Below, one piece after another: positions 18,001 to 27,399 of a DNA stretch of 64,000 nt (position 1 is the stretch's first letter; the number at the start of each line of letters is the position of its first letter). Under the pieces are notes generated by a model, which saw only the letters and a list, made by a program, of their open reading frames with translations, did no database searches and was not told the origin of the DNA. Both the position numbers and the translations under genes were made by a program. The stretch is taken from the IMG/VR virus record IMGVR_UViG_3300046454_000825, positions 1 through 64,000 of that record; one strand, written 5' to 3'. The DNA comes from a virus.

Positions 18001-19553
18001 AGCTCGGGGGCACACTCGGCCAGGGTTACAACGCAGGCGCAGCAAAATCTGCGGCCCTTAAGTATCAGGCGCTCGTCCAGAAAGCGGGAGCCAGCCACGA
18101 CGCGACATCTGTGCAGGAACTCGCGCAGGCGCGGCAGGCCTACTTCTCAGGGATTCAGAGCGCCGTCTCCGGCGACCTGCAGTACGCACTCGACTTCGCG
18201 AAATCGCCGGGTGAACGAGGGGCGGCTTATGCACAGGCGATCTCTCGCTACCAGGCATTCGGCAGCAGCTCCGACGATGCGGCGAAGAAAGCTCAGGCCA
18301 ACCTCACCAAGCTGACTCAGGAACGGGCGAAACTCCAGAAGCGTCAGTTCGCGCCAGAGACGCCGGGCAAAGAGGTGCACCCCAGCGAAATCGCCAAAGA
18401 ACAGAACACGGCGAAAGCGATCCACGCACTCGATCTGGAAATCCAGGCCGAGACCAAAAAGATCAGCGACATCAAAAAGAGTCAGACCGAAAAGCGCAAA
18501 TACATCAAAGACATCATCCAGCAGCTCCGCATCCAGGAGTTCGAAGCCAACAGTGCACTTCGCCAGGCGCAGGAGGGTGCGCGCGAGGCTCTCACTGCCA
18601 ACCCGATCGTGCAGACCGAAGAGCAGATCAAATTCCTCGGTGGGCAGATCTCCAGGGCGATCGCGATCTACGGCAAGGAGTCCCAGCAGGTGCTCGGTCT
18701 GATCGCCGAACAGCGCCAGGCGCGTCAGCAGCTTGCCCAGAACGAACTATCGCTCTTCCAGAGCAAAGGTGGGCTGGAAACGGCAGGGATCATCGAACAG
18801 GTCCCGAAAGAGAAAGTCACGCTGCGCGGTGCCCACGGACTCGAAGCGCAGCTTGCCTTCGTCAAATCTCACGAAAACCAGTTCGACCCGAAGACTCTGA
18901 TCGACCTGGAGACGCAGGTGGCCGCGGCGAAAGCCCAGCTTGCCTTCGACATCCAGCAGGAAGCCAATCAGGTCAAGGACGCGCACTTCGGGATCGAACA
19001 GGCTCGCGCGACCGCGGCCGGCCACACTGTACGTGCAGCCGAGCTAGCCGTCCAGCAGGCGAGATACGACGTCTCCCATGCTCAGACGCCGCTCGAAAAA
19101 CTGGGAGCCCAGCAGAACCTGATTCAGAGTCTGGCGGCGAAGCGCGACGCGGTCGCTCAGGCCCGGGTGGAATCCATCACCTTCGAGGCGAACATCTCGA
19201 AAATCACCACGCAGCAGGAGATCGAACAGCTCGAAACGCTCTTGCACACGTACAAACTGAGTCTCTCCGCCCGTCGCCAGCTCCGCGAGCAGATCCACTC
19301 GCTCAAAGGTCAGCTCTCCAGTGAAGGCGAAAAGTTCAACCTCAACATCGGCGACTTCGCACTGCCGACGGCCTACGACATCCGGCGTGCGGTGCTCGGT
19401 GCCGGCGGCGGTCGCGGCGGCACGACGGTCACGCAGACCAACGAATTCCACATCGAGAACCACTCAAATGATCCCGCCGTGCTCGGTCGAGCGATCGGTC
19501 ACGCTCTCGGCCGCGGCGCGGAGTCCGCAGCTCGATCGGCAGGAGTCGTATGA
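15072..19553 (+). CDS. Tape measure protein
   Basis: 1493 aa, Ala/Gln/Lys helical with hydrophobic segments; TTG start with GAGGGA RBS; follows the chaperone pair. Confidence 0.9.
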   Translation: MPGSFDFGAFEKEAAQLLAQLRASADRIAAVEKEIKGGRATTSEVRSAASEPAAAGAPGEVSKSAEAEIRSRGLATDQLLAKQRELTTATRASSESERVMAQTMAQTSAGMQKSGALTNEFVDAAKRGEVTVRELGQQVAGTIAKFGGWIVAGSAVYFAFDALSAVKRGAIDASSGVNELQRVVNGVNTRKAQQEFQSLAGHFNLPIKEVADAAYEMGKVFNNQEQAFTAAKQVLYAVKIGELDTAAASRYLISIINGFHLPASRMADVLDQVNQAQNNFGVSTEDVLSGVAKASGAFHQASGEFKQYGKDYSYLLALITTGVKVTGQTGPTVGTAIARAPNFLRRPSNQEVLRQFGIEPNGPIEKVLNEAFKRVKTLTGKQVQELAAGIGGPQYGARVFTGLLSNYQKFKEVSEGTSPKASKGSAQRELNRQLGGVNEQVTKLGISLERIGEGLVSSHLLDSLGLMLGSINSLLSGVNYLVQDFSKLPDFTQKFLAYLIQASIVLRLMRRGQVGELIGGGPGAQPGAVRGGIAGFFGEGDKGFARRARTSLVNEQEALLRERGGLGGQLSRAAAEERYTGQGAVAANAALIKEQQRSGPLSAETAAAQTRQIAAERAYVAAQETTIALKQKEASSAERLASVQASLSRVNNFGGRLNTKAALEEARRQGLPLPAGYGKGGVEPPVRLATPVLPSQQAELDAVKEMEKRGLIPPGLESETQRATQSTAGATGRLTGLGQKFGGLRGGLGKMGGAMSQLLGRAGELAFAAFTIGFLADALTGVANSVGSEFEHVGSSVTSAKAAAERAKENAEGSKAGESFKERLFNAVTEHTNIGPVPIPTLGLGSQKGIGEERAEAEEQALATYREIQSLQAKERGSGKTVQYRYASDIEKNIKQVEKSGKSRKEIREALNKYDEQIAQSSQALLGGKNAKGELEQAKTVLSKARVKSAASNELVEKLQLLTSKEISERLQASVTQLGGTLGQGYNAGAAKSAALKYQALVQKAGASHDATSVQELAQARQAYFSGIQSAVSGDLQYALDFAKSPGERGAAYAQAISRYQAFGSSSDDAAKKAQANLTKLTQERAKLQKRQFAPETPGKEVHPSEIAKEQNTAKAIHALDLEIQAETKKISDIKKSQTEKRKYIKDIIQQLRIQEFEANSALRQAQEGAREALTANPIVQTEEQIKFLGGQISRAIAIYGKESQQVLGLIAEQRQARQQLAQNELSLFQSKGGLETAGIIEQVPKEKVTLRGAHGLEAQLAFVKSHENQFDPKTLIDLETQVAAAKAQLAFDIQQEANQVKDAHFGIEQARATAAGHTVRAAELAVQQARYDVSHAQTPLEKLGAQQNLIQSLAAKRDAVAQARVESITFEANISKITTQQEIEQLETLLHTYKLSLSARRQLREQIHSLKGQLSSEGEKFNLNIGDFALPTAYDIRRAVLGAGGGRGGTTVTQTNEFHIENHSNDPAVLGRAIGHALGRGAESAARSAGVV

Positions 19554-19978
19554 GAGACAAGTTCACAGATCCCGCGACCGGCAAAGAATACCAGTGGCAA
19601 ACCGGCCACTCCAGCGAGGACGCGATCGGCAAGACGCGCGCGACGACGCTCAGTGCCAACACCGCCAACACGGGGTTGGTCAAGCAGCAGGGCGACGTTC
19701 AGCCGCTGGTGCTCAAGTACCACGGGACGATTCGTCACAAGCATCAGCTCGAAGAATTCTGGGCCTGGTATGAGCTCTGCGAGACCCAGACGATCCACTT
19801 CACTGACTTCGCTGGCGAAGAGTACGAGGTCATCATCACCGACTTCTCGCCGCTGCGCAAACCGACCGTCAGAAACGCGACCGATCCGACGAACGCTCCG
19901 CTGTGGTATTGGTCTTACGACCTCACCATGGAAGTGATCAGCGTCGTCTCAGGAGTACTGGCGAACGTCACCCCCTGA
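19550..19978 (+). CDS. Distal tail (Dit-like) protein
   Basis: Immediately after the TMP; size. Confidence 0.55.
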   Translation: MRDKFTDPATGKEYQWQTGHSSEDAIGKTRATTLSANTANTGLVKQQGDVQPLVLKYHGTIRHKHQLEEFWAWYELCETQTIHFTDFAGEEYEVIITDFSPLRKPTVRNATDPTNAPLWYWSYDLTMEVISVVSGVLANVTP

Positions 19979-22098
19979 TGCCGACCGTCGAAGAAATCGC
20001 CCTGCAGCGCCACCGCTGGCTCTCGATGGACCACGTCGGAGATGCGCGGCCGGTGGTGCGCGCCTTCGTCCGCAAGGGCCACTTGGAGCGCACCTACCGC
20101 CGGCTGCCCGACAAAGACGTCTTCGGCTACATCCCCGGCCTGCTCTCTCCCAACGATGTCTGGTATGGGCACTGGGTGGCGGACACGGACTACGTCGAGA
20201 TCCCGAACATCAAGGATGCCAAAGGCGATCAGGACTACTCGCAGAACGGCATCGAACAGGTGACGATGACGCTCGACAACATCGCCATGATCGAAAAACA
20301 CGGCAACCTTGGCGCACTCTTCCACATGATCGACCGCGGCCACTACAGCCCGCAGCGGGGTCAGCCCTCCAACCGCGGTGAACGCACCGGGGTGAAAAAT
20401 GAGTGGTTCGACACCTGGAAGGACAAGTGCACCCAGATCATGATCCTCGGCGGCTACGGGGAGGCGATCTTCCCGCTGCATTTGGGGCTCGTCGACAAGA
20501 TCGACCTTGGCTCCCGGCCGGATCAGATCGTCGCCACGCTGCGCAGCATGGGGCAGTTCCTCACCGATCAGAATGCCTTCATGGATGCCAAGAACCTCTG
20601 GCTCCGCGATCCGATCACCTTCGCCGATCGCGTCACCGTCCAGGAGGGTCCGAACGTCGCCAATACGGCGCAGGCGAAGTCACAGAAGCCTGGCTGCCCG
20701 GGCTCGCTCGCCGTCGACGGGTCCAACAAGACCGCCTGGGTCTCCGAAGGCCACGACGACACCCAGGACATCGAGTGGATCGAGTTCCCGCTGCCGGAGG
20801 GTCACTACATCAAGTTCCAGATGTACCCGGCCTTCACCAACCTGAACATGTTCGTCTCCGTCTTCGCGAAAAACCCACAGGGCGGAGTCGCCAAGCTCGG
20901 CAGCACGAACGTCGGGGAAGGCTGGATCAACAACGGGATGGGAGTGGTGCCGGGGACGAGTATCCCCTTCGTCAACGAAGTGCCTGACATCCGCGAGGTG
21001 CTGACGACCTACCCGATCACTCGCTCCGGTCAGAAGATCATCGGGGGCGATGGGACGACGGTGAGGTTGTGGTTCCGCAACCTGCAGCGTTCACCTACCA
21101 ACAGCGGCAAAGCCTTCACGAATAGGGCCGGGGTTCGCGAGTGCCGGATCTTCGATGCTGCTGTTCCCGCGTCGGCCAAAAAAGCGCACTGGATTCTGGT
21201 CGACGACGTGACCGACATCATCAAAATGGTGTTGCAGTGGGTCGGTATCCACGACTGGGATATCGAAAGCGCCGGCGTGAGGCTCGCCGACAAGGTGGTC
21301 TTCGATCGGCAGAAAAAGCTGATCGACATCATCAACTACGTCAAGGAACAGATCGGCTACATCTTCTATGTCAAGCCGCCCGACGACTTCGACCTGAGCG
21401 ACCTCACGCCAGGCAACGCCGCCAATCTGCACATGGGTACGGCGATCTGCAGGCAGTCGAGCTCGATGAAGCAGGACCCGCTCGACGGGATCGAGAGCGT
21501 CCGCGACGACAACCTCCTGACCGGTGTGCAGGGCACCTTCGACGCCAACGCGCTGCCCGACTCGATCCGGGTCCGGGGCAAGGCGGTCGCAGACAAAATC
21601 GCCCGCAACGACCCTTCGCACGTCCATGCCCTCGGTGAGGACCGGACGAAGCGCTTCCAGGCCAGCTACCGGCCGGTCTGGGCTCGCGGCGATTCCCATG
21701 GCGGGGCTCACCTGCGCCGGCCTGTCGTGCACTACGACTACACGCTCGACTCGCTCTACCTGTGTCAGGTCGCTTGCCTGATGATCGCCTTCCGCGCCGC
21801 GGTCGAGGCTGGCAAAGGTGTCATCGAGATCCCAATGTGGCCTTTGATACATCTCGACCACCAGACCCTCCTCTTCGATCGCGGCACCGGCTTGTCGACG
21901 CGGCTGTGGAACGTGCAGCGCACCTGGAGCTACGCGAGCGGCCAGCAGGTCGAGTTCAAACTGAACCTCGGCGGCAGCTTCATCGACGTCAATGACGTGA
22001 TCGAAACGCGCGAAGAGCTGGAGGAACTGCTCAACGAAGAGGGCGGGATGCCATCGCCGATCGCCCGCGGACCCTGGACCAAACCGATCACCTTCTGA
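19978..22098 (+). CDS. Baseplate hub/Tal-like protein with an inserted discoidin (F5/8 type C)-like domain
   Basis: Start at ATG 19978 (TGATG coupling); SLAVDGSNKTAWVSEG..EWIEF is a discoidin-like signature. Confidence 0.6.
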   Translation: MPTVEEIALQRHRWLSMDHVGDARPVVRAFVRKGHLERTYRRLPDKDVFGYIPGLLSPNDVWYGHWVADTDYVEIPNIKDAKGDQDYSQNGIEQVTMTLDNIAMIEKHGNLGALFHMIDRGHYSPQRGQPSNRGERTGVKNEWFDTWKDKCTQIMILGGYGEAIFPLHLGLVDKIDLGSRPDQIVATLRSMGQFLTDQNAFMDAKNLWLRDPITFADRVTVQEGPNVANTAQAKSQKPGCPGSLAVDGSNKTAWVSEGHDDTQDIEWIEFPLPEGHYIKFQMYPAFTNLNMFVSVFAKNPQGGVAKLGSTNVGEGWINNGMGVVPGTSIPFVNEVPDIREVLTTYPITRSGQKIIGGDGTTVRLWFRNLQRSPTNSGKAFTNRAGVRECRIFDAAVPASAKKAHWILVDDVTDIIKMVLQWVGIHDWDIESAGVRLADKVVFDRQKKLIDIINYVKEQIGYIFYVKPPDDFDLSDLTPGNAANLHMGTAICRQSSSMKQDPLDGIESVRDDNLLTGVQGTFDANALPDSIRVRGKAVADKIARNDPSHVHALGEDRTKRFQASYRPVWARGDSHGGAHLRRPVVHYDYTLDSLYLCQVACLMIAFRAAVEAGKGVIEIPMWPLIHLDHQTLLFDRGTGLSTRLWNVQRTWSYASGQQVEFKLNLGGSFIDVNDVIETREELEELLNEEGGMPSPIARGPWTKPITF

Positions 22099-22562
22099 TG
22101 CCAGAGCCAGCCCTACAAGCACTGGAGCGCTCCTTCAAGGGGCTGCGAATCGGCGCGACGCTGGACATGCAGAAGCTGAAGGACCGTGCCGAAAAGGACG
22201 GCCTGATCGAGCGCGACGAGCAGTTCCACCTGGCGGTGGCCGGTCTCGCAGAGGAGTTCTTCCTGTGGACGTCGACGAAGATCAAATTCGCCACCGCGTT
22301 CGTTGACGCAACGGGCCAGAGAGATTCACCCTTCGACCGTCCACATATCTCGGTCGGCTGCGAGATCTACACACCGGTGCCGGTGGCGATCAACGCGGTG
22401 GTCATGGAATGGGACGTGACCGACCGGAATGAAACGGTAGGCGCGACCGTGGCGCTCGGCGTCGCGAGTTCCGATCAGACCACCAAGTTCAAGGGCGCTG
22501 TGCATCTGACCTTCCAGGGCTACGGCGCGCCACTCAACACCTTCGACGACGCCGAACTATGA
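22098..22562 (+). CDS. Minor tail protein
   Basis: Coupled on both sides within the tail module. Confidence 0.55.
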   Translation: MPEPALQALERSFKGLRIGATLDMQKLKDRAEKDGLIERDEQFHLAVAGLAEEFFLWTSTKIKFATAFVDATGQRDSPFDRPHISVGCEIYTPVPVAINAVVMEWDVTDRNETVGATVALGVASSDQTTKFKGAVHLTFQGYGAPLNTFDDAEL

Positions 22563-25500
22563 AAAAGACGATCTTTGCCGGCTTGACGATCCTCGAACCA
22601 GGGGAGGGCCTCAGCACTGACAACGGGTCGTTCGTCGACGCAGATCCGCAGATCGTCGATCGCTTGCTGGAAATCGGAGCCAAAACCCATCGCCACACAG
22701 GCCTGGCCGGGCTCTCCAACCCCTCCGGTGCGCCGGTGGCGAGCATCGTCGCCTCAGGGGGCGCTCTGCCATCGGATCTGGCCATCTCCGTCGGATACAC
22801 ACTGGAGGACTCCCAGGGCGGCGAGACGCTGCTGTCGCCGATCACGGTGGTCGGCACGCCGGGCGAGATCCCCGCGCCGCCAGCGGCACCCAGCGCCCAG
22901 GTCAGCCACGCGGCCGGGCAGCTTGAGGTCAACACCTACTACTACGCGACGACCTTCGTAGACAATGAAGGCGGCGAGACGGAGCTCGGACCCGCGGTCA
23001 ACGCCGAGCGCCAGCCCGGATTCGCGTCGGGCCAGGTCATCCTCACCCAGCTCTCCTTCGGCATGGCTGCAGCCGGCGCGGCAGGCTGGCGTCTCTATCG
23101 AGCGGTCGGTGGCGACACCTTCAACCTGCTCGCGACCGGCAGCGGAGACGAATTCGTCGACGATGGTAGCCAGCCGGTGAGCTGCGACGTCCACCCGCCG
23201 GCGGGCGAACAGAACACGACGGTCGGATCGTCCTCGCTGCTCGTGACGCTGCCGTCCGCGGTCCCCGGGCAGGTCTTCATCAACGTCTATGCGTCGATCT
23301 CGGGCGACTTCGGTGGCAGCAGCCTGCTGGGGCAGTTCCCGCTGGCCAGCGCCGGGCAGATCGCCGTCTTCCGCTCGCTCGAATTCTTCGACGTCAACCC
23401 GCCGTCGGTCAACCTCTCGATCGGGGGGGCGCACCAGATCGACCCCGACACCGAGCTCCTGGACTGGCACTGGAAGCGCCCGGTCCTCGCGTCGGGTGCC
23501 CTCGGGTCGGGCGTGACCGGCGACGTGCGGCTCGTGAAGAGCACAGGCGAGCTCTACGCCGTGCTCGCGCCGTCCGCAGTCGCCTCGGGCGCGAGCGAAT
23601 GGGTGAGGATCGCCAGCGCTGGCGGCGGCGGCAGCGGCAGCGTCGGCCCGCAAGGACCCACCGGCCCACAGGGTCCAGAAGGGCCAGCAGGTCCGAAAGG
23701 TGCCAGCGGGGCAAGCGGTGCGATCGGTCTGACCGGGCCGCAGGGTCCGACCGGCCTGACGGGTGCCACCGGGCCACAGGGTCCGACCGGTCCCGGTGAC
23801 AGTTGGAAGCCGCCCGTCTTCGCATCCGCCAGTCTCGGCTCGGGTGTGCTCGGCGATGTGAAAATGGTCGAGCAGGAAGGTGAGCTCTACGGTGTGCTCA
23901 GCGCGTCCGCCTCCACCGCCTCCGCGTGGGTGAAGCTGAGCAGCGCCAGCACGCTTGAAGCGAGCGCGACGCAGGGCATCGTCGCGCCGGTCCAGAGGCT
24001 CACCATCCGGGCCTCCGGGGTGGCGATCGTCGACATCGTCAAACAGTCGGCTGGGCGCGCGCTTTACACAGTCACCGTTCCTCCTGTCGCCGGCCCCCAG
24101 GGACCAGAAGGACCGAAAGGAGCAAGTGGCGCATCGGGTGCAATTGGCCTGACCGGTCCGACCGGTCCACAGGGTCCAGAAGGACCCGCCGGTCCCAAAG
24201 GGGCTAGTGGTGCATCCGGTGCCATCGGGCTGACCGGGCCACAAGGTCCGCAGGGAGAAAAAGGCACAACTGGGGAAAAAGGTGAACCAGGAGAAACCGG
24301 TCCTAAAGGCGAAACAGGATCAACGGGTGCTACTGGCGGAACGGGTCCGCAGGGACCAATTGGTCCGGGCAATAGTTGGAAGCCTCCGGTTCTGGCGTCG
24401 GGCAGTCTTGGCTCGGGTGTACTCGGCGACGTCAAAATGGTCGAGCAGGAAGGCGAGCTCTACGGTGTCCTGAGTGCCTCAGCCTCAGTCGCTTCCGGCT
24501 GGGTAAGGCTAAGCAGTGCAAGCTCGCTCGAAGCAAGTGCCACACAGGGTCTTGTCGCCCCAGTTCAGAGACTCACGATTCGGGCATCTGGAGTAGCGAC
24601 TGTCGACATCGTCAAACAATCCGCAGGCCGTGCCTTATACACAGTTACGGTGCCCCCAGTCGCAGGCCCCCAGGGGCCACAGGGAGTGCAGGGTGAAAAA
24701 GGAACCACCGGGGAAAAAGGTGAAAAAGGTGAAAAAGGATCGACCGGCGAAAAAGGCGAAACCGGGTCGACTGGATCGACCGGGGCCACCGGTGGGACTG
24801 GGCCGCAAGGTCCGGTAGGGCCAGGTAATAGCTGGAAGCCCCCTGTCCTCGCATCGGGAAGTCTGGGGTCAGGTGTACTCGGTGACGTCAAAATGGTCGA
24901 GCAGGACGGTCAAATTTATGGCGTTCTCGGGGCATCGGCCACGGTGGCGTCGGGGTGGACAAGACTGGCGAGCGGCATCTTGACCGCTAGTGCTAACAAC
25001 AGTGTCCCTGGAGTAGCCCAGCTTGTGAACAAGCTCACCTTCGAAGGTGCGGAGGGAGTGAGAGTTGCCATCTCCCAACCGAAACTTGGAGAGGGAGTAA
25101 TCACCGTGAAAGCGGGTGCGGGGGGGCTGATCTATAAAGGGGAGAGTTCCACCAATCTGGCAACAACCAACTTAGCGTGTCTTCGGAAGAACAAAGAAAA
25201 ATGGAGCGAAGTCACCGAAATATGCCTTTCCATTGAATCCTTGAACTGGACCACCGCTGAAGATCTTCTCCTAAAAGGGATGGCAGTCGGTTCGGTCATA
25301 GTGATCTCTGTTCAAAGCGAAGAGAACGTCAGGCCTATTCGCCAGATGTTCAAGATTACGAGCATCGAATCGACGGCGAACGGTCCGATCGCCAAAGTGG
25401 TTGGCCTCTCTACTACTTCGACAGCTACTGCGAACGAAATCGCCTTCAAGGAACTGGAGGTAGAGTTCTACGCCCCGTTTCATTACGGTCTCGTCACGGC

Positions 25501-25996
25501 CTTGCCAGCATCGCCAAGGCTCCTTGACAGGTGTAGCTTTATCGCGGATGAAACAAACGGTGTCATCTGGGAGCTGCTTTATGACGGCGAAGGCACAAGG
25601 CCGTGGAAGAAGATTGGTGGACCTCCACTCTTCAATGAGGTCGCTACCCAGGAGACGATCAAATCAGCGACCTACGCGAACCTAGCGACAGAAGGTCCGT
25701 CGGTCAAAGTGCCGCTACTAGGTGATTACGACGTAGCAATCGGGGCTGGGATCGGGTCGTTCTCGCCCTCAGTAGAAATCAATATGAGCTACGCGATCGG
25801 CGGAACCGCCGCTGTGGATGCTGATTGCCTCAAAGTCTTCCCAGGCCCCAACGGATGCTTCGTGGAGGCTAAGCGGGTACGGCGTAAGGCATCAATCGCG
25901 AAAAACACCACACTCTTGAGTAAGTACAAAATATCCGGTGGCGAAGGATCATTCTACTTCCGCTGGATGAGTGTTGATCCGATCAGAGTCGGCTAA
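22559..25996 (+). CDS. Collagen-like tail fibre with repeated modules
   Basis: Three G-X-Y tracts alternating with WK(R/P)PV..ASG.LGSGV.GDV modules; lower-GC C-terminal tip. Confidence 0.85.
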   Translation: MKKTIFAGLTILEPGEGLSTDNGSFVDADPQIVDRLLEIGAKTHRHTGLAGLSNPSGAPVASIVASGGALPSDLAISVGYTLEDSQGGETLLSPITVVGTPGEIPAPPAAPSAQVSHAAGQLEVNTYYYATTFVDNEGGETELGPAVNAERQPGFASGQVILTQLSFGMAAAGAAGWRLYRAVGGDTFNLLATGSGDEFVDDGSQPVSCDVHPPAGEQNTTVGSSSLLVTLPSAVPGQVFINVYASISGDFGGSSLLGQFPLASAGQIAVFRSLEFFDVNPPSVNLSIGGAHQIDPDTELLDWHWKRPVLASGALGSGVTGDVRLVKSTGELYAVLAPSAVASGASEWVRIASAGGGGSGSVGPQGPTGPQGPEGPAGPKGASGASGAIGLTGPQGPTGLTGATGPQGPTGPGDSWKPPVFASASLGSGVLGDVKMVEQEGELYGVLSASASTASAWVKLSSASTLEASATQGIVAPVQRLTIRASGVAIVDIVKQSAGRALYTVTVPPVAGPQGPEGPKGASGASGAIGLTGPTGPQGPEGPAGPKGASGASGAIGLTGPQGPQGEKGTTGEKGEPGETGPKGETGSTGATGGTGPQGPIGPGNSWKPPVLASGSLGSGVLGDVKMVEQEGELYGVLSASASVASGWVRLSSASSLEASATQGLVAPVQRLTIRASGVATVDIVKQSAGRALYTVTVPPVAGPQGPQGVQGEKGTTGEKGEKGEKGSTGEKGETGSTGSTGATGGTGPQGPVGPGNSWKPPVLASGSLGSGVLGDVKMVEQDGQIYGVLGASATVASGWTRLASGILTASANNSVPGVAQLVNKLTFEGAEGVRVAISQPKLGEGVITVKAGAGGLIYKGESSTNLATTNLACLRKNKEKWSEVTEICLSIESLNWTTAEDLLLKGMAVGSVIVISVQSEENVRPIRQMFKITSIESTANGPIAKVVGLSTTSTATANEIAFKELEVEFYAPFHYGLVTALPASPRLLDRCSFIADETNGVIWELLYDGEGTRPWKKIGGPPLFNEVATQETIKSATYANLATEGPSVKVPLLGDYDVAIGAGIGSFSPSVEINMSYAIGGTAAVDADCLKVFPGPNGCFVEAKRVRRKASIAKNTTLLSKYKISGGEGSFYFRWMSVDPIRVG
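23464..24980 (+). repeat. Internal module/collagen repeats in the fibre gene (4 module copies, 3 collagen tracts; approximate bounds)
   Basis: Near-identical translated blocks, e.g. [25 protein letters not shown]. Confidence 0.85.
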
Positions 25997-26004
25997 GGAG
26001 AACC

Positions 26005-27399
26005 ATGAAAAAGACACTATTCGCAGGCTTGACGGTTCTCGAAGCCGGTGAGGGACTCGACACCGACAGCGGAGCCTTCACCGGCCGCGACCGCGAAACC
26101 ACGGATCACCTGCTCGAAGTTGGGGCGAAGACGCATCGCCACACCGGGCTCAACGGGCTGGCCTCGCCGTCGGTCGCCCTGGGTGCGGCCGTCGTCGCTT
26201 CCGCGGGCACGATCGGCGCGGATCTTGACGTCTCCCTCGGCTACACGCTGGAGGACAGCGTCGGCGGCGAGACGCTGATCTCGCCCGTGACGGCAGTCAG
26301 CACGGGGTCGCCGGTGGAAGGCCCGCAGGCAGCGCCCAGCGCCGCGTTCGACAGCGCTGGCGGCTCGCTGCTCGTGAACACCTACTTCTACGGCGTGACC
26401 TTCACGGACGGCGAAGGCGGCGAGACGCCACTGGGTCCGACGGTCAACGTAGAGCGCCCGCCAGGCTTCGCCTCCGGCCGCGTCGACCTCTCCCAGCTCA
26501 ACTTCGGGCTTGCCGCCGCTGGCGCGAAAGGGTGGCGTCTGTACCGCGCAACGGGTGGAGGGACGTTCAACCTGCTCGCCACGGGTGGCACTGGCGAAAG
26601 CACATTTGTCGATGACGGGACGAAATCCGTCGAATGCAGCGTACATCCGCCAGCCGGGGAAACAAATACGACACTGGGCATCAACACGCTGCTGGTGACG
26701 TTACCGACGACCGGCCTGGCTTCGGCGAGCTTCATCAACGTCTACGCCTCGATCACCGGTGACTTCGGGGGTGGTTCCTTCCTGCAGCAGTTCCCTGTCG
26801 CGAGCGCCGGCGCTGTCGTGCCGTTCTCGAAACTCGAACTGCTCTCGATCAGCCCACCGTCGGTGAACCTCTCGATCGGCGGCGCGCATCAGATCGACCC
26901 GGACACCGAGCTGATCGACTACCACTGGAAGAGACCGGTGGCCAACGTCGGAGATCTGCCTGGGACCGCCGAAGAGGGCGACACGCGCATGGTGTCGTCG
27001 TTCTCCTCACCGACCGCCTACGTGTTCCACAACGGCAAATGGGAACCGTGGCAGGCCGGCGGCAGCGGGACCACAGGACCCTGGACCAGGATGACGCCGC
27101 TAGAAGGCGAATGGGAAGGCACGAGCTCTCCCGAATGGCCACCGGCGTTCCGGGTCAAGGGCGACGAGGTCGAGCTCGCCGGCGGCATCATGGAAGGAGC
27201 GGACGGAGTCACGATCTTCACCTTCCCGGTGGGAGCAAGACCCGCGGCAAACGTGCGGATAGGCCTGGGCGAGGGAGTGGCCAACGCCGGCATCACCCTC
27301 GAAGTCAAGACCGACGGCAGGCTGATCGCGATCAACTCTCAGAATGCGATCGTCTACCTGACCGGCTTGTCCTTCCCGCTGGGTGCTCCGCCCCCATGA
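26005..27399 (+). CDS. Second fibre/receptor-binding protein, paralogous N-terminus
   Basis: First ~310 aa align by eye with 22559..; different C-terminal domain. Confidence 0.8.
   Translation: MKKTLFAGLTVLEAGEGLDTDSGAFTGRDRETTDHLLEVGAKTHRHTGLNGLASPSVALGAAVVASAGTIGADLDVSLGYTLEDSVGGETLISPVTAVSTGSPVEGPQAAPSAAFDSAGGSLLVNTYFYGVTFTDGEGGETPLGPTVNVERPPGFASGRVDLSQLNFGLAAAGAKGWRLYRATGGGTFNLLATGGTGESTFVDDGTKSVECSVHPPAGETNTTLGINTLLVTLPTTGLASASFINVYASITGDFGGGSFLQQFPVASAGAVVPFSKLELLSISPPSVNLSIGGAHQIDPDTELIDYHWKRPVANVGDLPGTAEEGDTRMVSSFSSPTAYVFHNGKWEPWQAGGSGTTGPWTRMTPLEGEWEGTSSPEWPPAFRVKGDEVELAGGIMEGADGVTIFTFPVGARPAANVRIGLGEGVANAGITLEVKTDGRLIAINSQNAIVYLTGLSFPLGAPPP

Noticed and set aside
22559-27399. Diversity-generating retroelement or invertible fibre cassette
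   Set aside because: No reverse transcriptase, no adenine-specific TR/VR pair and no inverted fibre segments; the recombinase is 20 kb away
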